64,000 bases of DNA, taken from the IMG/VR virus record IMGVR_UViG_3300035670_000056, positions 1 to 64,000 of that record, one strand, 5' to 3'. The translations under genes and the position numbers were made by a program. Origin of the DNA: a virus (lineage: Duplodnaviria; Heunggongvirae; Uroviricota; Caudoviricetes). This document shows, in pieces, positions 58,742-64,000 of this stretch (position 1 is its first letter; the number at the start of each line of letters is the position of its first letter). Under the pieces are notes generated by a model. That model made no database searches. It worked only from the letters and a program-made list of their open reading frames with translations, and was not told the DNA's origin.

Positions 58742-59600
58742 TTATGTAGTTGAATAACCAGCAGCAGCTAACCAATATCTAGCAGTGCCAACTCCTAATG
58801 TGTCATTAGCAACTACACCTGTGTTGCTTACTAAATTTACAATAGATACTGCAGCGTTAGTATAACCATAACCAAATATAGCTTTATCAGTACCATATCC
58901 AGCCGCAGCTAAAGTATGTCTAGCAGTGCCTACACCAGTTGTATCTGTAGCAACTACACCTGTATTACTTACCAGATTAGTTATGGAAACATTTCCTGTA
59001 GTATAACCATAACCAAATATCGCTTTATTATTACCATAACCAGCCGCAGCTAAAGCTCGTCTAGCAGTACCTACCCCAGTTGTATCCGTTGCAACCACAC
59101 CTGTGTTACTTACCAAATTTGTCATAGATACAACTGCGCCTGTTGTGCCATAACCAAATATTGCTTTATCAGTACCATATCCTGCTGCAGCTAATTGTGA
59201 TCTAGCAGTGCCTACGCCAGTTGTGTCAGTTGCAACTACACCTGTGTTGCTTACTAAATTAGTCATAGACACATTCACACCAGTGCTCCCATAACCAAAT
59301 ATAGCTTTATCAGTACCATAACCAGCCGCAGCTAAAGTATCTCTAGCAGTGCCTACACCAGTTGTGTCATTAGCAACTACACCTGTATTACTTACTAAAT
59401 TTGTAATAGATACAACGGCAGAAGTAAAACCATAACCAAATATAGCTTTATCAGTACCATATCCAGTCGCAGCTAAAGTATGTCTAGCAGAACCAACGCC
59501 TGTAACATCATTCGCAACTACACCTGTGTTGTTTACTAAATTTGTAATAGATACTGCAGCACTAGTATAACCGTAACCAAATATAGCTTTGGTTGTATTA
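58742..59600. repeat. About 141-bp tandem repeats encoding the AIFGYG units
   Basis: Recurrent ccataaccaaatatagctttatcagtaccatatcc...gcagc units. A second array lies at about 62818-63690. Confidence 0.65.
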
Positions 59601-60781
59601 TTTGAAGTGGGTATTAAATAACTAGCTGATAAAGCATTTCTCGCATAACTGCTAGTAACACTAACCTTTGTATAATCAAGCACATTCACATACACTCTAC
59701 TAACACTACCACTCAATGATCCACTACCAACAATAGGTTGATTTGGATATGTAAGTCTTGTTAGTTTAAGTGAACTATCACTCAACTTCTGCACACCATA
59801 GTCTACATATTTATCATCAATACCACCAACCAATCCCACATACTTTGTAAGCACTTGATTTCTTGAATTTGGAAATGGTGCATTTGGCGGTGTAAAATTA
59901 CCGGTGTATCTGGCTACGCCTTTTGTTATACGGAGTTCATCCATATAACCAGCAAAATTTAAAGTATTAGTTTTGCTCGATCCAACATAAATTGCGGTTG
60001 AAGTATAATTTGTACTATCACTTACTGTTGATCCAACTTGCGTTCCATTAATGAATATTCTATTATTGCCAGACTGTCTGGTCCAGACTACATAGTTCCA
60101 ACTATTTAATGTTAATGTTCCAGAAGGCGCAATCAATTCTGTTCCGCCTTTCCACAAATTTAATTGATTATTATAACTATATAATGTCCATCCGCCAACT
60201 GAACTATATACATTGTCGCCTACTATTACTTTATACGCACCAACAGATGATACCGTTTGATATATCCATAGTTCAACTGTTAAATCATTTGTGCCAAATG
60301 TAAGCACCGATGTGGTGGGTGTAACTAAATAATCACCTGTTCCATCAAAATTAGCACTCGCGCCTCCAAATTTATATTGTGAAGTACTTAATCCAACATT
60401 GCCGCTACTAGTAATTGCTAAATTATTTCTACTACTATCTATAAATCTGCCAGCTGAATTTATAGTGTCAAAATGACACAACAAACTACAACTATTATAA
60501 TATTGATCCAAAGTTGCCGCATCCCATTCTTCAACCACATTTACATTCCACTTGTTGCTACTCAAACTTAAACCTGTAATAGTATTTGTACTACCCGAGG
60601 TTACATTGGTCCACAATGTTTGATTAGCAATACTGCCAGTTTGAACTGATCCACCACCGCCTCCACCTCCACTTGCATTCAAAGCGAATGAAGCGGTAAC
60701 AGCGTAACTGGATGTACCAAGAAATAATGATCCTGTTGAAATTAAACTGGGTGATACTTTTGTTTTTCCTAATGCAGGCAT
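58742..60781 (-). CDS. Fibre protein with LamG domain and six or more ~47-aa AIFGYG tandem repeats (679 aa)
   Basis: KAIFGYGYT..VS.TNLVSNTGVVATDTTGVGTAR..LAAAGYGTD repeats in the C-terminal half. Confidence 0.6.
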   Translation of the reverse strand: MPALGKTKVSPSLISTGSLFLGTSSYAVTASFALNASGGGGGGGSVQTGSIANQTLWTNVTSGSTNTITGLSLSSNKWNVNVVEEWDAATLDQYYNSCSLLCHFDTINSAGRFIDSSRNNLAITSSGNVGLSTSQYKFGGASANFDGTGDYLVTPTTSVLTFGTNDLTVELWIYQTVSSVGAYKVIVGDNVYSSVGGWTLYSYNNQLNLWKGGTELIAPSGTLTLNSWNYVVWTRQSGNNRIFINGTQVGSTVSDSTNYTSTAIYVGSSKTNTLNFAGYMDELRITKGVARYTGNFTPPNAPFPNSRNQVLTKYVGLVGGIDDKYVDYGVQKLSDSSLKLTRLTYPNQPIVGSGSLSGSVSRVYVNVLDYTKVSVTSSYARNALSASYLIPTSNNTTKAIFGYGYTSAAVSITNLVNNTGVVANDVTGVGSARHTLAATGYGTDKAIFGYGFTSAVVSITNLVSNTGVVANDTTGVGTARDTLAAAGYGTDKAIFGYGSTGVNVSMTNLVSNTGVVATDTTGVGTARSQLAAAGYGTDKAIFGYGTTGAVVSMTNLVSNTGVVATDTTGVGTARRALAAAGYGNNKAIFGYGYTTGNVSITNLVSNTGVVATDTTGVGTARHTLAAAGYGTDKAIFGYGYTNAAVSIVNLVSNTGVVANDTLGVGTARYWLAAAGYSTT

Positions 60782-60842
60782 ACTTTATAAATAGTTAATG
60801 TCGTTTTATTACCACATTCAAATAATTTGTCATCTTAGATTA

Positions 60843-62804
60843 TTAGACCTTTGTAATTGTTATAGAATTATAATAACCAGTAGTAGGAGCCGTTCCTATA
60901 TCCGGAGTTACAAAAAATGTGCTAGGAGGATTATTACCTGCGTGTGCCGCCTGTATGCCAGTAGTGTCGTTTGACCAATGAAAAAGTCCAAATCTATCTG
61001 ATATATCGGTTACACGATATAAACATTCAAATAATATACCCCAACGTGCCGGATCGGGCACTCCCGATCTATAACCGTTGCCTACAGGCAACGCAGTATT
61101 ATTATTTTTACACACCGATATCATATTCCATGAATCTGCTGTAGCTCTTACCTGATATACCAAACGGAATATTCCGGTAGTTGAATGTCGCCAATGATAC
61201 GCTTCAATACCACCCACAGGCGATGCCGTGGCATTAATTGTTATATTTTGTAAAATTATAGCAGTATTAAACGGCACAATCACTATATTTGCGTTAGGCA
61301 GTGTATATGTTACTGTACTGGCCAAATGACCACATTCTGTGATATTTTTTAAAGCATAACTAGCAGTGACAGCATAACTAGAAGTTACGGCATAACTAGC
61401 TGTTACAGCATTACTTATGCTACCAGATATTGAAACATTATCATAATCCAATACATTTACATATACTCTGCTTACACTACCACTCAATGATCCACTACCA
61501 ACTATAGGTTGATTTGGATATGTAAGCCTTGTCAATTTAAGCGAACTGTTGCTTAACTTTTGTACACCATAATCCACATACTTATCATCTATACCACCCA
61601 CCAAACCTACATATCTTGTAAGCACTTGATTACGTGAATTTGGAAATGGTGCAGAAGGCGGTGTAAAATTAGCGGTATATCTAGCTACACCTTTGGTAAT
61701 TCTAAATTCATCTATATAACCATTATAATTATTTTCTCCTGGGGTATGACCTCTAGTACCAATTATTGGCCTATTATCACCACATAAATAGTTATTAGTA
61801 TCGGTGTATGTTGATCCAACCTGTATGCCATTAACAAATAATTTGGTGCTTGATCCGGAACGAGTTAATGCTACGTGATACCATTGTCCGGTATTTAAAG
61901 TTGCCCCAGTTATTCTATCTGCGTTATTTACAAAATACCTAATTTGACCATTAAAAAAATAAATACAAGGATATAAACCATCTGTAGATAAAGGTCTACA
62001 ATCAAATATAATTTTTATATTGCTTACATCTGCAAAACTTACGGAGTTCATCCAAAATTCAACTGTAAAGTCGCCTGTATTAAATGCAAATAATGCATTA
62101 TTTTGCAGATTTAAGTAATCACCGTTTCCATCAAATAATACACTTGCTCCTCCAAATTTATATTGTGACGTGCTTAGTTTAACATCACCACTTGATGTAA
62201 TCGCAAAATTGTTTCTACTATTGTCAATAAATCTTCCCGCAGGATTCACACTATCAAAATGGCACAACAAGCTACAACTGTTATAATATTGATCAAGTGT
62301 TGCAGCATCCCATTCTTCTACAACACTTACATCCCACTTGTTGCTACTTAAGCTTAATCCAGTTATGGTGTTTGTGCTGCCTGAAGTTACATTTGTCCAA
62401 ACTGTTTGTTTCGCAATGCTACCTGTTTGTACGGTAGTACCACCATTTAAGAATCTTACATCAATTTCATCGCCGTCATCATATGGTTGATAAAAATTAA
62501 GTGTAGAACCAGTAACTGTATAACTTGAACTATAATTTTGTACAACGCCATTTACAGATACTAACAAATGTTCTGGATTAGTTACGTTTTGTATTAATGC
62601 ATACTGAGTTGTATTACTACCACTCACAACAATATATTGTCCAACCACAGGCGAACCTGTAATATAACTAATTGAACCTCCACTTGCATTCAAAGCATAA
62701 CTCGCGGTCAATGCTCTTCTTGAATAACTACTAGTGCCACTTAATGATCCTGTTATAGATCCATTTGGCTTAATCATTGATTGTCGTAATCTTGTAAATG
62801 GCAT
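60843..62804 (-). CDS. Mosaic fibre protein (653 aa) with a unique C-terminal domain
   Basis: Anchor motif, WDVSVVEEWD module, LamG with GYIDEFRITKG, and the LTRYVGLVGGIDDKYVDYGVQKLSN module. Confidence 0.6.
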   Translation of the reverse strand: MPFTRLRQSMIKPNGSITGSLSGTSSYSRRALTASYALNASGGSISYITGSPVVGQYIVVSGSNTTQYALIQNVTNPEHLLVSVNGVVQNYSSSYTVTGSTLNFYQPYDDGDEIDVRFLNGGTTVQTGSIAKQTVWTNVTSGSTNTITGLSLSSNKWDVSVVEEWDAATLDQYYNSCSLLCHFDSVNPAGRFIDNSRNNFAITSSGDVKLSTSQYKFGGASVLFDGNGDYLNLQNNALFAFNTGDFTVEFWMNSVSFADVSNIKIIFDCRPLSTDGLYPCIYFFNGQIRYFVNNADRITGATLNTGQWYHVALTRSGSSTKLFVNGIQVGSTYTDTNNYLCGDNRPIIGTRGHTPGENNYNGYIDEFRITKGVARYTANFTPPSAPFPNSRNQVLTRYVGLVGGIDDKYVDYGVQKLSNSSLKLTRLTYPNQPIVGSGSLSGSVSRVYVNVLDYDNVSISGSISNAVTASYAVTSSYAVTASYALKNITECGHLASTVTYTLPNANIVIVPFNTAIILQNITINATASPVGGIEAYHWRHSTTGIFRLVYQVRATADSWNMISVCKNNNTALPVGNGYRSGVPDPARWGILFECLYRVTDISDRFGLFHWSNDTTGIQAAHAGNNPPSTFFVTPDIGTAPTTGYYNSITITKV

Positions 62805-62817
62805 ATTATTTTATATT

Positions 62818-64000
62818 TTATGTCGTCGAATATCCAGCAGCAGCTAAACGCTCTCTAGCGGTACCTATACCAGTTGTATCATTTGCAACTACTCCAACGT
62901 TTGATACCAAATTAACCATTGATACATTTGTACTAGTAAAACCATATCCAAATATAGCCTTATCAGTTCCATATCCGGCAGCAGCTAAAGAATATCTTGC
63001 AGTACCTACTCCTGTTGTATCTGTAGCAACCACACCTGTGTTGCTTACTAAATTTGTAATAGATACTTGTGTACTTGTATAACCATAACCAAATATAGCT
63101 TTGTCACCACCATATCCAGCAGCGGCTAAAATTCTTCTAGCAGTACCTACGCCTGTTGTATCTGTTGCAACCACTCCAGTATTACTTACTAAGTTTGTCA
63201 TAGATACATTTGTACCAGTAGTACCATAACCAAATATAGCTTTATCAACGCCATATCCAGCAGCTGCTAAAGAATATCTTGCAGTACCTACGCCAGTTGT
63301 ATCTGTAGCAACCACACCTGTGTTGCTTACTAAATTTGTCATTGATACTCCAGCAGAAGTAAAACCATAACCAAATATAGCTTTATCGGTTCCATATCTG
63401 GCCGCAGCTAATGCTTGTCTTGCAGTACCTACACCTGTTGTGTCAGTAGCAACAACGCCTGTGTTGCTTACTAAGTTTGTCATAGATACAACTGCGCCAG
63501 TAGTACCATAACCAAATATAGCTTTATCACTGCTATATCCAGCAGCGGCTATGTTAGACCTAGCAGTACCTATACCGGTAACATCATTAGCAACAATTCC
63601 AATATTTGATACTAAATTTGTCATAGATACATTTACACCAGTATAACCATAACCAAATATAGCTTTTGTTGTGTTATTTGAAGCAGGTAGTAAATAACTC
63701 GCGGTCAATGCTCTTCTTGAAAAACTGCTGCTAGTAGAAGAACCACCACCAAAATATCTGATATCAACATTTGAACCTGAAAGCGCATTTTCTGTTAAAG
63801 TCAAAGTGGATCCTGAAACTGTATAACTACCTGATCTGGATTGAACCAACCCATCCAATATTACCAATATTTGATCCTTGTTTGCCACGCTTTGTGTCAA
63901 TTGAAATTGACTTACAGATGCAGTTAATACAAATGTTTGCGCCAAAGATAACGCTGGGGTAGAACTGGTACCACTAGTTCCACTGCTACCAGGAGATCCA
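62818..64000 (-). CDS. AIFGYG-repeat fibre protein, 5'-partial (continues beyond the window end)
   Basis: The track's start at 63945 is a TTG. The frame stays open to nt 64000 and encodes ...GSSGTSTTPALSLAQTF, which matches a module in 48059..50881. Confidence 0.55.
   Translation of the reverse strand, partial: GSPGSSGTSGTSSTPALSLAQTFVLTASVSQFQLTQSVANKDQILVILDGLVQSRSGSYTVSGSTLTLTENALSGSNVDIRYFGGGSSTSSSFSRRALTASYLLPASNNTTKAIFGYGYTGVNVSMTNLVSNIGIVANDVTGIGTARSNIAAAGYSSDKAIFGYGTTGAVVSMTNLVSNTGVVATDTTGVGTARQALAAARYGTDKAIFGYGFTSAGVSMTNLVSNTGVVATDTTGVGTARYSLAAAGYGVDKAIFGYGTTGTNVSMTNLVSNTGVVATDTTGVGTARRILAAAGYGGDKAIFGYGYTSTQVSITNLVSNTGVVATDTTGVGTARYSLAAAGYGTDKAIFGYGFTSTNVSMVNLVSNVGVVANDTTGIGTARERLAAAGYSTT

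Noticed and set aside
1-64000. Search for tRNA, rRNA and CRISPR arrays
   Set aside because: Intergenic regions, for example 7809-7943 and 17272-17421, show no tRNA-like GTTCRA T-arm or cloverleaf. No direct-repeat and spacer arrays are present. The regular repeats seen are coding (collagen-like and protein tandem repeats).

Overview
This looks like a fragment of a large, AT-rich (roughly one-third GC) virulent bacteriophage genome. I base that on three things I see directly in the sequence. There are many rho-independent terminators (GC hairpin followed by a T-run). There are 13 sigma70-like promoters (TTGACw, 16-18 nt spacer, an extended TGG-TAnnnT -10 hexamer), one of them on the minus strand. 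Almost no Shine-Dalgarno sequences are present; instead the start codon sits 6-10 nt after the -10 hexamer, which points to leaderless translation.

Positions 1-23417 are mostly plus strand and look like an early/middle region. It carries a T4-like nucleic-acid metabolism and RNA-repair set: a Pnk-like P-loop kinase, a metallophosphoesterase, an Rnl1-like RNA ligase, a second KxDG ligase, an ATP-dependent DNA ligase, a dCMP deaminase and a second zinc deaminase. Three free-standing homing endonucleases are interspersed (one HNH, two GIY-YIG). The region also has an SPFH/band-7 lipoprotein, a secreted proline-rich protein with an EF-hand-like motif, a degenerate DUF262-like protein and a possible minimal nucleotidyltransferase. 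Many small ORFs are cysteine-rich or membrane-associated.

Positions 23414-64000 are one long minus-strand block of structural or adhesin-like genes. It starts with five tandem paralogues of a glycine-rich protein. It then has two tandem triplets of ~230-aa LamG/ConA-like proteins and two large tandem-repeat proteins. Seven large mosaic fibre proteins of 350-1575 aa follow. They are built from the same units: a conserved N-terminal anchor motif, collagen-like G-S/T-S triplets, a conserved WDVSVVEEWD module, a LamG domain ending in GYIDELRITKGVARYT, and an LTKYVGLVGGIDDKYVDYGVQKLSD module. Some add ~47-aa AIFGYG tandem repeats.

I found no tRNA, rRNA or CRISPR array. I could not run any homology search, so every functional call rests on motifs I recognised by eye.
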